Position numbers and translations under genes: made by a program. DNA of 47,776 nucleotides, from contig DVAE01000001.1 in assembly GCA_014189675.1 (NCBI GenBank), forward strand, positions 1 to 47,776. Direction: 5' to 3'. Position 1 is the first letter of the stretch. Each line of letters starts with the position of its first letter. This document shows, one piece after another, positions 9,057-18,316 of this stretch. Source of the stretch: Candidatus Undinarchaeales archaeon SRR5007147.bin71. Lineage in GTDB: Archaea > Undinarchaeota > Undinarchaeia > Undinarchaeales > Undinarchaeaceae. The notes below the pieces were generated by a model. It did no database searches, was not told where the DNA came from, and was given only the letters and a program-made list of their open reading frames with translations.

Positions 9057-9260
9057 TGCTAGGAGGTGAAGGCGGCGCAAACCTTCGGGGGTGCGCTTTG
9101 AAGTGTTTCGAAAGGGACACGGATGCTGCTGTAAAAAGCGGGTCTTCGCTTTATGGCTCCCATAAAATGCTGGGAGGTGAAGGCAGTACAATTCTTCGGA
9201 CTTGTGCTTTGAAATATCTTGAAAGAGATATGGATGCTGCTGTAAAAAGCGGGTCTTCAC
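9057..9260 (+). ncRNA. Tandem duplicated structured RNA candidate (two units, 111-nt period), unclassified
   Basis: Each unit has a closing stem (GUGAAG/CUUCGC at 9066-9149; GUGAAG/CUUCAC at 9177-9260), a 9-bp hairpin capped by UUCG, and a 7-bp hairpin capped by GAAA. Differences between the units in the stems are compensatory or wobble-compatible. The junction sequences are identical. The canonical tetraloops occur only on the + strand. Confidence 0.5.
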
Positions 9261-9270
9261 AACACAGCAC

Positions 9271-10014
9271 TTAAAGTTCTGATTGCTTAGCAACCTTTTC
9301 TGCCTCTAGTCTGGCTTTTTCAGCATCTCCTAGATAGTAATTTTTTATAGGTTTCAAGTCCTTGTCAAGTTCATAAACGAGAGGGATTCCGGTTGGTATA
9401 TTTAACTTCGTTATTTCTTCGTCTGATATCTTATCCAAATATTTTACAAGAGCTCTGAGGCTGTTTCCGTGAGCGCAGATTATCAATTTCCGTTCTTCTT
9501 TTAATGCCGGAGCAATTTGCGCATTCCAATAAGGTAGCACTCTCCCAACAACGTCTTCCAAACTTTCTGTGCTTGGAATCTCAGTTTTTTCAAGATCTGC
9601 GTAAAGTTCGTCATTTTTTGGATGCCTCTCATCATCTTCGCTCAGCGAAGGCGGTCGAACATCATAACTTCTCCTCCACAGGAAAACTTTCTCTTCTCCT
9701 TCCGTTCTTGCTGTTTCTGCTTTGTTAAGTCCTTGGAGAGCTCCGTAGTGGCGTTCGTTTAGCCTCCAGCTCCTGTGAACAGGTATTTCGGAAAGCTCCA
9801 TCTCCTTTAGAACTATGTCAAGAGTTTCTGTTGAACGTTTTAAAACTGAAGTATAGGCTTCATCAAACACATAATTTCCTTCTGATAAAAGCTTGGCAGA
9901 ATCTCTGGCTTCTTCTTCACCTTTCTCAGTCAGTCCTATATCCGTCCATCCTGTAAACCTGTTTTCAAGATTCCATACACTTTCTCCGTGCCTTAGAAGT
10001 ACTAGTTTTATCAT
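9271..10014 (-). CDS. gpmA: 2,3-bisphosphoglycerate-dependent phosphoglycerate mutase
   Basis: [22 protein letters not shown] is the histidine phosphatase RHGE motif. The full-length 247 aa is dPGM-like. Confidence 0.9.
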   Translation of the reverse strand: MIKLVLLRHGESVWNLENRFTGWTDIGLTEKGEEEARDSAKLLSEGNYVFDEAYTSVLKRSTETLDIVLKEMELSEIPVHRSWRLNERHYGALQGLNKAETARTEGEEKVFLWRRSYDVRPPSLSEDDERHPKNDELYADLEKTEIPSTESLEDVVGRVLPYWNAQIAPALKEERKLIICAHGNSLRALVKYLDKISDEEITKLNIPTGIPLVYELDKDLKPIKNYYLGDAEKARLEAEKVAKQSEL

Positions 10015-10015
10015 A

Positions 10016-10702
10016 TTATATTTGGAAAAGGAGCCCTAGGTTATAAGTCAAAGCAGTCGCGAATATACCAATTGCTACCATTTCAAAACCTCCAACATAC
10101 CATTTTTTAACAGTAAATTTACTTTTTGCAGCTCCTCCTGCAAAAAGAACTGCTGCTGTGAAAGAAACTGCATATGGAAGTGCTTGTGCGGATAGAGAGA
10201 ATATCATAAAAGGTATTACCGGTATTATTGCACCCAAAACAAAGGCGAGTCCTGTGAATCCTGCCGCCTTCATCGGATTCTTATTACTGACCTTTCCAAA
10301 ACCAAGCTCTTCTTCCATCATTACTCTGAGCCATACTTCTTCATCAGATGTTATTACCTCAACAACTCTTTCTAAGTCCTTCCCTTTGAATCCCTTCTTC
10401 GCATAAATGTCACGTATTTCCTGTCTCTCTACATCAGGCATATCACGTATTTCTTGCTTTTCTCGCTCAAGCTCCTTGTCATACAGTTCAGAATTGGATT
10501 TAGTTGACAAGTAGTTGCTGGACATCATAGATATGGCTCCTGCGAGAACTTCTGCTATCCCAGCTATCAATACAATGTTGCTATGTGCGACGGCACCTGC
10601 TACCCCTGCAACAAGGGCTAGGTTTGAAATAAGGCCATCATTGAGTCCAAGTACGGCGTCTGATATGTATTTTTTCTCATCAATGAAATGCTTTTCTTCC
10701 AT
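10016..10702 (-). CDS. VIT1/CCC1-family iron/manganese transporter
   Basis: [20 protein letters not shown], a cytoplasmic acidic helical insert, and C-terminal TM segments give the VIT family architecture. Confidence 0.85.
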   Translation of the reverse strand: MEEKHFIDEKKYISDAVLGLNDGLISNLALVAGVAGAVAHSNIVLIAGIAEVLAGAISMMSSNYLSTKSNSELYDKELEREKQEIRDMPDVERQEIRDIYAKKGFKGKDLERVVEVITSDEEVWLRVMMEEELGFGKVSNKNPMKAAGFTGLAFVLGAIIPVIPFMIFSLSAQALPYAVSFTAAVLFAGGAAKSKFTVKKWYVGGFEMVAIGIFATALTYNLGLLFQI

Positions 10703-10756
10703 GCAAGAGCTTATTTAAGAGTGGCATAAATATGTTTTGAAGCAGATATTCTTAAA

Positions 10757-11455
10757 ATGATTCCAAAAAAATATGTTGCAAGTCTTAAGAGCGTAGATGC
10801 GCTTTCTGACGATGTCAGTTATTTCACTTTTAATTTGGGCTCATCAATGCTTTTTGAGCCGGGGCAGTTTGTAATGATTTCTATGGATATCGGAGGTGAG
10901 ACTGTTAAGAGAGCCTACTCTATTGCCAACAGTCCAGAATCTACAGAGGCTCTTTCTTTCTGTGTCAAGCTTTTGAAAGATGGGAAACTTTCCTCTGCTC
11001 TTGACAAACTCGAAACAGGTGATACAGTGGAGATTCAGGGTCCTTATGGAAATTTTTTACTCTCTGAGCCTGGACTTGATCAGCTTTTTATAGCGGCAGG
11101 AACTGGTGTGGCTCCCTTAATTCCTATGCTGAAATCTTATCTTGAAAATAATACTTGTGAGGTAACCCTACTATTTGGCTTCAGACACGAAAAAGATTTT
11201 CTTTTTAAAAAAGACCTGGAAAAACTCACTTCAAGCTATGCAAACTTTAAGCTAGTTCCTATAATGAGTAGTCCTCATGAAGGGTGGACTGGCCTGTCTG
11301 GACACGTTACCTCATATCTTGCAGATCATATAAATGATATAGATAGAACAATTTCCTATGTCTGTGGTCATAATGATATGGTGGTCGCTGTTAGAAAGAT
11401 CTTAATCGAGTCTGGTTTAAGTCCAGAGAGAATAAAAATTGATAACTGGGGATAA
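10757..11455 (+). CDS. FAD/NAD(P)-binding oxidoreductase (ferredoxin-NADP reductase-like fold)
   Basis: RAYSIAN is the RxYS FAD motif. GPYG and AAGTGVAP are NAD(P) motifs. 232 aa with no Fe-S tail. Confidence 0.75.
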   Translation: MIPKKYVASLKSVDALSDDVSYFTFNLGSSMLFEPGQFVMISMDIGGETVKRAYSIANSPESTEALSFCVKLLKDGKLSSALDKLETGDTVEIQGPYGNFLLSEPGLDQLFIAAGTGVAPLIPMLKSYLENNTCEVTLLFGFRHEKDFLFKKDLEKLTSSYANFKLVPIMSSPHEGWTGLSGHVTSYLADHINDIDRTISYVCGHNDMVVAVRKILIESGLSPERIKIDNWG

Positions 11456-12874
11456 TTACCCCTTCAGAACTCCAAGAGGAATCAATCTTGCCACAATTTT
11501 CCCAATTCCAAGTTCGTGCGATACTTTGACGACTTCGTCAATATCCTTGTAAGCACCGGGAGCTTCCTCTGAAACACCTCTCCAGCTTGCTGATCTAACA
11601 AGTATTCCTTTTCGTTTCAAGTCTTTCTGAACTTTTTCTCCTGTATATAGTTTATTTGCCTGATGTCTGCTCATAAGACGTCCGGCTCCGTGTGGTGTGC
11701 TCCCAAAAGTTTCCTTCATCCCTTCCTCAGTCCCTACAAGTACATAGGAAGCAGTTCCCATGCTTCCAGGTATCAGAATAGGCTGTCCGACATCCCTATA
11801 TATTTCAGGTATCTCTTTCTGGCCCGGACCAAAGGCTCTTGTTGCACCTTTCCTATGTACATAGACTTTTTTCATTTTGCCGTCTATTTCATGCTCCTCA
11901 AGCTTTGCCATGTTGTGGCATACGTCGTACATCAGTTTCAAATCAGAATCAGGGAATACTTTCTTGAATGAATTTCTTGTTTCATATGTCATAACTTGCC
12001 TGTTACACCATCCAAAATTTGCTGCCGCACTCATAGCTTTATAATAATCATCAGCGATCTCAGTTCCAAGAGGCGCGTATATCAGCTCCTTATCTTCAAG
12101 ACTTTTGAATATTTTAGGCTGTTCTGTTTCCATTCTTCTCAAATAGTCTGTACAGACTTGGTGACCGAGACCTCTTGAGCCTGAGTGTATAATTATAAGG
12201 ACTTGGCCTTCTTCCTTTATTCCAAATTTTTCCGCCGTGCTTTTATCCAGTATCTTTTCAACAGCCTGAATCTCTATAAAGTGGTTTCCGGCTCCTAATG
12301 AGCCAACCTGTTTTCGTCCGCGTTTTTTCGCACGGTCTGAAACTTTTGAAGAGTCCGCCTGCGGCATCCTTCCATTTTCTTCACAACGTTCCTTGTCTTC
12401 CTCTGTTGCGTATCCCTTCTTAATTGCCCAGTCTATTCCTGTATCAAGAAGTTCTTCAAGCTCACTAGTTTCCAGCCTTATTTTGGATTCAGATCCTATT
12501 CCTGTATGAATATTTTCATAGAGAACATTGAGAATCTCCTCTAACTTTTCCTTTACTTCATCCACTCCTAGATTGGAGCTTAATATCCGTACTCCGCAGT
12601 TTATGTCGTATCCAATGCCTCCGGGACTGATAATTCCCCTTTCTGCGTCAAAGGCGGCAACACCTCCTATTGGAAAGCCGTAGCCTTGGTGGGCGTCCGG
12701 CATCATTATTGCATGCTTGCAAATTCCTGGAAGTTTTGTCATGTTAATCCCCTGTTCAAGTGCTCTGTCCTTTTCTATATCTTCCATCAGCTTTTCTGAA
12801 GCGAAGACTTTAAGGGGGACTTTCATATCCCCCTTTTTCTCAAATACATAGGTATTTTCTGATTCTTTTTTCAT
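11456..12874 (-). CDS. rtcB: RNA-splicing ligase RtcB
   Basis: MPDAHQGYGFPIGGV, GGIGYDINCG, SLGAGNHFIE, HSGSRGLGHQ and HGAGR are RtcB signatures. The start MKKESENT overlaps the archease stop (ATGA). Confidence 0.95.
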   Translation of the reverse strand: MKKESENTYVFEKKGDMKVPLKVFASEKLMEDIEKDRALEQGINMTKLPGICKHAIMMPDAHQGYGFPIGGVAAFDAERGIISPGGIGYDINCGVRILSSNLGVDEVKEKLEEILNVLYENIHTGIGSESKIRLETSELEELLDTGIDWAIKKGYATEEDKERCEENGRMPQADSSKVSDRAKKRGRKQVGSLGAGNHFIEIQAVEKILDKSTAEKFGIKEEGQVLIIIHSGSRGLGHQVCTDYLRRMETEQPKIFKSLEDKELIYAPLGTEIADDYYKAMSAAANFGWCNRQVMTYETRNSFKKVFPDSDLKLMYDVCHNMAKLEEHEIDGKMKKVYVHRKGATRAFGPGQKEIPEIYRDVGQPILIPGSMGTASYVLVGTEEGMKETFGSTPHGAGRLMSRHQANKLYTGEKVQKDLKRKGILVRSASWRGVSEEAPGAYKDIDEVVKVSHELGIGKIVARLIPLGVLKG

Positions 12875-13305
12875 ATGTCTACAACCACCTGCACTATGCA
12901 CTTTTCTGGTCTGTCGTCTACTATCATTTCACTATATGTCATGGATTTTATATTTCCTGAGACTAGATACTTTTTATCTCCTCTCTTATGAAGGTCCCCA
13001 GCTGCAAGAGCCTTCAAGGTGTAGCCTGTCGCTTCCTTATTTATTTTAAGCTCCTTTATTTCATTAAGGAGGAAATTATCAGTATCTAGGAGGAAAAGGA
13101 GCTCATCTAGGTATTCATAAAGAAGTTCAGGCAAGCCATTTCCTTGCACTTCCACGGTTTTTTCAACAATTGACTGAACCTTTTCCGTGTCAGTTAGGAT
13201 TCCAAACATCGCAAGAGCTGCGTTTGAGAAAGCTTCCTCAATAGTTTTTCCAAATGCCCTGAATTTCGCGTCTGCTGTATGTTCAAGATATTCGTATTTT
13301 TTCAT
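12871..13305 (-). CDS. Archease (RtcB activator)
   Basis: YEYLEHTADAKFRAFG at the N-terminus and 144 aa in length. It is translationally coupled to rtcB. Confidence 0.9.
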   Translation of the reverse strand: MKKYEYLEHTADAKFRAFGKTIEEAFSNAALAMFGILTDTEKVQSIVEKTVEVQGNGLPELLYEYLDELLFLLDTDNFLLNEIKELKINKEATGYTLKALAAGDLHKRGDKKYLVSGNIKSMTYSEMIVDDRPEKCIVQVVVDI

Positions 13306-13326
13306 TAAAAAAGGTAGATTGAATAG

Positions 13327-14079
13327 CTAAATAAGTCCTTCGTAGCCTTTCTTCTCAATCTCTTCTGCAAGTTCCGGACCACCAGATTTTACAATTTTCC
13401 CCTTGTTCATAACAATAACTCTATCCGGTTTTATATAGTTCAGAATGCGCTGGTAGTGTGTAATTATTAAGACTCCCATATTATCACTTCTTATTTTGTT
13501 AATGCCTGATGCTACTGCTTTTAGTGCATCGACATCAAGGCCTGAGTCAGTTTCATCTAAAATTGCTATTTCAGGCTTTAACACTGCCATTTGGAGTATT
13601 TCAGTAATTTTTTTCTCTCCACCAGAAAACCCCTCATTCAAATATCTGGATAAGAATGATTCATCAATATTGAGCTCATCCGCGTTTTCTTTAATTTCAT
13701 CGTAGAATTTAAGAATATCAATTTTTTCATTTTTTTCAAGTCTCGACTGCATCGCCGTTCTTAGGAAATTTGCAACGGTAACTCCTGTGATTGCAGAAGG
13801 GTACTGAAAGGACAGAAAAATTCCTAATTTTGAGCGCTTGTCTGGGCTTAGCTCAAGAATGTTCTTGCCTTTGTATGTCACTTCTCCAGAATCAACCTTG
13901 TAATTTGGATTGCCCATAATAATGTTAGCAAGCGTGCTTTTACCAGAGCCATTAGGTCCCATCAAAGCTACAACTTCCCCTTTGCCAATCTCTAGATTGA
14001 CACTTTTCAATATTTTTTCATTATCTACACTAACTTCTAGGTTTTTTACTACAAGTTTGTCTTTAGATAGGTCTTCCAT
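13327..14079 (-). CDS. sufC: Fe-S cluster assembly ATPase SufC
   Basis: GPNGSGKSTL is Walker A, LNEGFSGGEKK is the ABC signature, and AILDETDSGLD is Walker B. Confidence 0.95.
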   Translation of the reverse strand: MEDLSKDKLVVKNLEVSVDNEKILKSVNLEIGKGEVVALMGPNGSGKSTLANIIMGNPNYKVDSGEVTYKGKNILELSPDKRSKLGIFLSFQYPSAITGVTVANFLRTAMQSRLEKNEKIDILKFYDEIKENADELNIDESFLSRYLNEGFSGGEKKITEILQMAVLKPEIAILDETDSGLDVDALKAVASGINKIRSDNMGVLIITHYQRILNYIKPDRVIVMNKGKIVKSGGPELAEEIEKKGYEGLI

Positions 14080-14084
14080 TTTAA

Positions 14085-14486
14085 CTATTCCTTTACCTCT
14101 ATACTTCCTTCTTCTTCACTTGAGTCTAGGGCACACTTTACTGTTACTAGACCTAGTATTGCACATTTTGTTCTTACGGGACCGACACTTATCTTAAGCA
14201 TATCTAGAATGTCTGGACGCTCAAGTGCTTTAATTTCCTCAACAGATAGGTTCTTAATCTTTTCCGTGAGCATGGATGAAGCCGCCTGGCTTATTGCACA
14301 GCCTTTTCCTTCAAACATTATATCTCTTAAGATATTATTGTCAATTTTAAGTGTATAAACAAGCTTATCTCCGCAGAGGGGGTTTTCTCCTGTGAAAGTG
14401 ATATCTGCCTTCTCAAGCCTGCCATAATTACGTGGATTCTTATAATGTTCCATTATATTCTCCCGATATATCGTGTCAGTGTTCAC
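14085..14486 (-). CDS. sufU: SufU/IscU-type Fe-S scaffold / sulfur acceptor
   Basis: The three conserved Cys are present (NPLCGD, GKGCAIS, RTKCA). The N-terminus is YRENIMEHYKNPRN. Confidence 0.85.
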   Translation of the reverse strand: MNTDTIYRENIMEHYKNPRNYGRLEKADITFTGENPLCGDKLVYTLKIDNNILRDIMFEGKGCAISQAASSMLTEKIKNLSVEEIKALERPDILDMLKISVGPVRTKCAILGLVTVKCALDSSEEEGSIEVKE

Positions 14487-15706
14487 TTAAACAAGTCCCG
14501 TGCTTTCTTTAAAGCTTCCACAAAAATATCAATTTCTTCTTTTGTATTGTAAAGATAAAAACTTGCCCTTGCACTTGCGTCTATTCCCAATAATTTCATG
14601 AGAGGCTGTGTACAATGGTGCCCTCCTCGTATCGCTACTCCTTCTTCGTCCACAAGTGCCGATATATCGTGCGGATGTATTCCTTCCATAGTGAAAGAAA
14701 TTATCCCAGCCAGTTTCTCTAAAGTAGGTGTGTACAGCCTCAGATCTTCAAAGTTTTCCAGCTCTTCAAGTGCATATTTAGTAAGTTCTTTTTCGTGCTG
14801 GTATATTTTATTCATACCTACCTTATTTAGGTAGTCAATAGCCTTTCCAAAACCAATACCTTGAGCAATATTTGCTGTTCCTGCTTCAAACTTCCATGGA
14901 CTTACATTCCATTTTGCTGAATCATATTCAACTTCAGAAATCATCCCTCCTCCAAAATTGAAGGGTTCCAGTTCTTTCATAAGTTCTTCTTTGCCATACA
15001 GAGCTCCTATCCCAGTGGGTCCGAGCATTTTATGGCCTGAAAATGCAAAAAAGTCACAGTCAATATCTTTTACATCTATTTCCATATGTGGCGCACTTTG
15101 GGCTCCGTCAACAATCATAAGGGCATTGTTATCATGGGCTATTTTTCCAAGTGTCTTAACATCATTTATAGTTCCAAGCGAGTTCGACACATGTACAGCA
15201 GAAACAAGTTTTGTTTTGCTGCTCATAAGTTCTGCAGCTTGCTCCAAATTTAATGCATAATCATCATTTATCTCAATGAATTTCATCTGTGCCCCTGTTT
15301 TATTACAAATTTGCTGCCATGGGAGTAAATTACTGTGGTGTTCCATGCGCGTTATAACAATTTCATCATTTTTCTTTAGATTGTTTAATCCCCAGGAATA
15401 TGCGAGTAAATTAAGGGATTCTGTGGTATTTTTGGTAAATGCAAGTTCAGCCATTGAGTTGGCTCCTATAAAGTTAGCAACTTTCCGGTGGGCGCCTTCA
15501 TAGAGCTCAGATGCTTCCTCACTTAAAGTAGAGGTTCCTCTGTGTACGTTAGCATTTGAATTCGTATAAAAATCCGAGATGGAATCAATAACACTCTGAG
15601 GCTTTTGGGAAGTTGAGGCATTATCAAAATACACCAATGCATTTCCATTTATCTCCCTCTTTAAAATCGGAAAATCTTTCCGTATCTTTTCAGTGTTTAA
15701 GCTCAT
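14483..15706 (-). CDS. sufS: Cysteine desulfurase SufS (class V aminotransferase, group II)
   Basis: FSGHKMLGPTGIG carries the PLP Lys and RGGHHCTQPL carries the active-site Cys. 407 aa. Confidence 0.95.
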   Translation of the reverse strand: MSLNTEKIRKDFPILKREINGNALVYFDNASTSQKPQSVIDSISDFYTNSNANVHRGTSTLSEEASELYEGAHRKVANFIGANSMAELAFTKNTTESLNLLAYSWGLNNLKKNDEIVITRMEHHSNLLPWQQICNKTGAQMKFIEINDDYALNLEQAAELMSSKTKLVSAVHVSNSLGTINDVKTLGKIAHDNNALMIVDGAQSAPHMEIDVKDIDCDFFAFSGHKMLGPTGIGALYGKEELMKELEPFNFGGGMISEVEYDSAKWNVSPWKFEAGTANIAQGIGFGKAIDYLNKVGMNKIYQHEKELTKYALEELENFEDLRLYTPTLEKLAGIISFTMEGIHPHDISALVDEEGVAIRGGHHCTQPLMKLLGIDASARASFYLYNTKEEIDIFVEALKKARDLFK

Positions 15707-16886
15707 TTATTCCTCCCACTCTTTCAAGAATTATTTTCTTCAAGTCGGCCTTTACTACCTCTACTGGTATTTTCTGAATAAAGGGCTCAAAAAATCCTTC
15801 CACGAGTTTTCTCTTTGCAGTAATTTCATCCATTCCGCGTGTCATCATATAAAATAACTTACTCTTGTCAATCTGTCCAATTGCAGTTCCATGGCTGCAT
15901 TTTACATCGTTGTTGTCAATTTCTAGATTGGGGACAGCCGAAGCTTCCGCATCACTACTTAACAGTAATGTTTCCTCGTTTTGATATCCGTCTGAATTTG
16001 GTGCCCCTTTTTCAATCCGCACAAGGCCACGGTATATTGCCTTTGATTTTCCATCTAAGGCGCCTTTGACATCTAAATATGATTTTGTATCCTTTGCTTT
16101 ATGATGTGCCTCCAGATAAAAATCAAAATTCTGCTCACCTCTTCCAAAGAACATACTTCTGCTACTTACATTAGAACCACGGCCTTCAAGGTTTGTAATA
16201 AGGGTAACCCCTCCAAACCTCGCTCCAATATCACATGCTATCCAATCGATAGTGGCATCTTTTTGTACATGGGCAATTTTCTTTGAGAAGTAATTTGTCT
16301 TTTCACTAAGATTTTGGAATTCACCATATTGAATTCTTGCTGAATCTTGAACATGAATCTCAATATTACTTGTTTTGAATTGCGGGTTCCCGGTGCTCTT
16401 CTGGAGAACTGTCATCTTGCTTCTAGGCTCTGCAACAAGTAAATTATGCTCAGCAATTGCAATTGCTTTTGCATCACTTGTAATATTAACAGGAGTTTTA
16501 ACTTCGCTTCCCTCTGTAATTTTTACAAACAGTCCTTCACTCCAAACAGCCTGGTGAAGTGCTTCAATTTTATTTACTGGGCTTGTCTTGAATAAGTAGT
16601 CTTTCAAATCCTCGTCTTTAACCGCATCTGAAAGCTTCTTAACAATAATTTTATCGTCTGCAGTGCTTCTTATCTCTGAAGGTAGGCTCCAAAGGTTTTT
16701 CGGAACTGCAATTTCCAAATCAAGCGTATCAGTGTTTAGATTTATCCCCAGCCCGTAACTGAAGTTCGGGTCTTCAAATTTTTCAAATTGCTTCAATCCA
16801 TCTAGCCGTTTCTTTAGTAGCCATTTTGGCTCGTCTCTGCCTGCAGAGAATACCCTAATTGCTTCAGTACTCAATTCAGAAGACAT
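15690..16886 (-). CDS. sufD: Fe-S cluster assembly protein SufD
   Basis: SufB/D beta-helix family (NEETLLLSSDAEASAVPNLEIDNNDVKCSHGTAIGQID). It sits between sufB and sufS. Confidence 0.85.
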   Translation of the reverse strand: MSSELSTEAIRVFSAGRDEPKWLLKKRLDGLKQFEKFEDPNFSYGLGINLNTDTLDLEIAVPKNLWSLPSEIRSTADDKIIVKKLSDAVKDEDLKDYLFKTSPVNKIEALHQAVWSEGLFVKITEGSEVKTPVNITSDAKAIAIAEHNLLVAEPRSKMTVLQKSTGNPQFKTSNIEIHVQDSARIQYGEFQNLSEKTNYFSKKIAHVQKDATIDWIACDIGARFGGVTLITNLEGRGSNVSSRSMFFGRGEQNFDFYLEAHHKAKDTKSYLDVKGALDGKSKAIYRGLVRIEKGAPNSDGYQNEETLLLSSDAEASAVPNLEIDNNDVKCSHGTAIGQIDKSKLFYMMTRGMDEITAKRKLVEGFFEPFIQKIPVEVVKADLKKIILERVGGINELKH

Positions 16887-16888
16887 AT

Positions 16889-18316
16889 TTAACCTATAGA
16901 GCCCTCCATCTCCATTTCAATAAGTCGATTTAATTCAACAGCGTATTCCAGGGGCAGTTCTTTCACTATTGGTTCGATAAATCCTGAAACAATCATTTTT
17001 TTTGCCTCTTCTTCGTTGAGCCCACGGGACATTAAGTAAAATATATCATCTGAGCTTATTTTTCCTACACTTGCTTCATGTGAAACGTCAACTGCGTCTT
17101 CATTTATTTTCATGTAAGGATATGTGTTTGAAACTGAGATGTCATCAACTAAAAGGGCGTCACACTGTACACTTGCTTTGCTATCTACAGCTCCCTTATT
17201 AATCCCAAGGTAGCCTCTGTAAGAAGTTACTCCCCCTCCTTTGCTTATACTCTTGGCTGTGATTGTTGAGCTTGTGTTCGGGGCAAGGTGGTACATCTTA
17301 CTTCCTGTGTCCTGATTCTGTTCCCCAGAAGCAAATGCAATTCCAAGGTAATCTGAGCGAGCACCTCTTCCAATGAGCAGACTTGATGGATAAAGCATTG
17401 TTACACAGCTTCCCATATTACCATTAACCCATTCAAGTGTTCCGTTCTTTTCAACAAGCCCTCTTTTGGTGTTTAGGTTGAATGTGGTTTTGCTCCAATT
17501 CTCCACGGAGCTATATCTTCCCTTAGCACCTTCATTGATGAATATTTCAACTCCACCTGCATGTAGGGAATATTCGTTATATTTTGGAGCTGAACAGCCC
17601 TCAATGTAATGGAATTCTGAATTTTTGTCAGCAATTAATAGTGTATGTTCAAATTGTCCTCCAGCTTCCGCATTCATTCTGAAGTAGGCCTGTAGAGGCA
17701 TGTCTACTTTCACACCTTCCGGAATATAGAGGAAAGTTCCTCCTGACCAGACCGCTCCATGCAGAGCTGCGAATTTATGCAGACTTGGTGGGATGCATTT
17801 AGTCATAAAGTGTTTTTTAACAAGTTCAGGATATTCCTGTACGCCTACATCCATATCTAAGAATACGACACCTTGGGTTTCCCACTCCTTCTTTAAATTG
17901 TGATATACAACATCACTTTCATACTGAGCTCCTACTCCTGCGAGAGATTTTTGTTCAGCTTCAGGTATTCCAAGTTTTTCAAATGTATTCTTGATATCGT
18001 CAGGAACCTCATCCCATGTTTTTGTATTTCGTTCAGCGTCGGGTGACATATAGAAATGAATCTTATTCAAATCGAGTTTCTCCAGTCTTGGGCCCCATGT
18101 TGGCATTGGCATTTTCTCAAAAATGTTCAGGCATTTTAATCTGTGTTCAAGCATCCAATCTGGTTCGTTCTTCTCTGAAGAAATTAATCTTACGACATCT
18201 TCACTCAGTCCGGGTTCAGGTTTTAAGCGATGCCGTTCCTCGTTTGCATGATCAAATCTCTCCCTATTAATTTTAGTGGCGAGTTTCTGCTTTTCCAGTA
18301 TTTGTGAATCAGTCAT
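16889..18316 (-). CDS. sufB: Fe-S cluster assembly protein SufB
   Basis: 475 aa. Typical SufB sequences are GVQYESDVVYHNLK-like, FRMNAEAGGQFEHTLLIAD and CDALLVDDISVSNTYPYM. Confidence 0.95.
   Translation of the reverse strand: MTDSQILEKQKLATKINRERFDHANEERHRLKPEPGLSEDVVRLISSEKNEPDWMLEHRLKCLNIFEKMPMPTWGPRLEKLDLNKIHFYMSPDAERNTKTWDEVPDDIKNTFEKLGIPEAEQKSLAGVGAQYESDVVYHNLKKEWETQGVVFLDMDVGVQEYPELVKKHFMTKCIPPSLHKFAALHGAVWSGGTFLYIPEGVKVDMPLQAYFRMNAEAGGQFEHTLLIADKNSEFHYIEGCSAPKYNEYSLHAGGVEIFINEGAKGRYSSVENWSKTTFNLNTKRGLVEKNGTLEWVNGNMGSCVTMLYPSSLLIGRGARSDYLGIAFASGEQNQDTGSKMYHLAPNTSSTITAKSISKGGGVTSYRGYLGINKGAVDSKASVQCDALLVDDISVSNTYPYMKINEDAVDVSHEASVGKISSDDIFYLMSRGLNEEEAKKMIVSGFIEPIVKELPLEYAVELNRLIEMEMEGSIG

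Noticed and set aside
9061-9180. GGAGGTGA sequences at the start of each RNA unit as Shine-Dalgarno sites for small ORFs.
   Set aside because: No ATG, GTG or TTG lies at a suitable 5-10-nt distance downstream. The motif is partly sequestered in the predicted closing stem.
9015-9293. Repeat-containing ORFs on both strands over the tandem units (72 aa on +, 92 aa on -) that could encode a duplicated peptide (MLGGEG...AAVKSGSS x2).
   Set aside because: Both strands are open, which is typical of repeats. The + ORF needs a GTG start with no proper spacing to a start signal. Differences between the copies are paired and compensatory in predicted helices instead of being concentrated at synonymous positions. 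An RNA interpretation is favoured.
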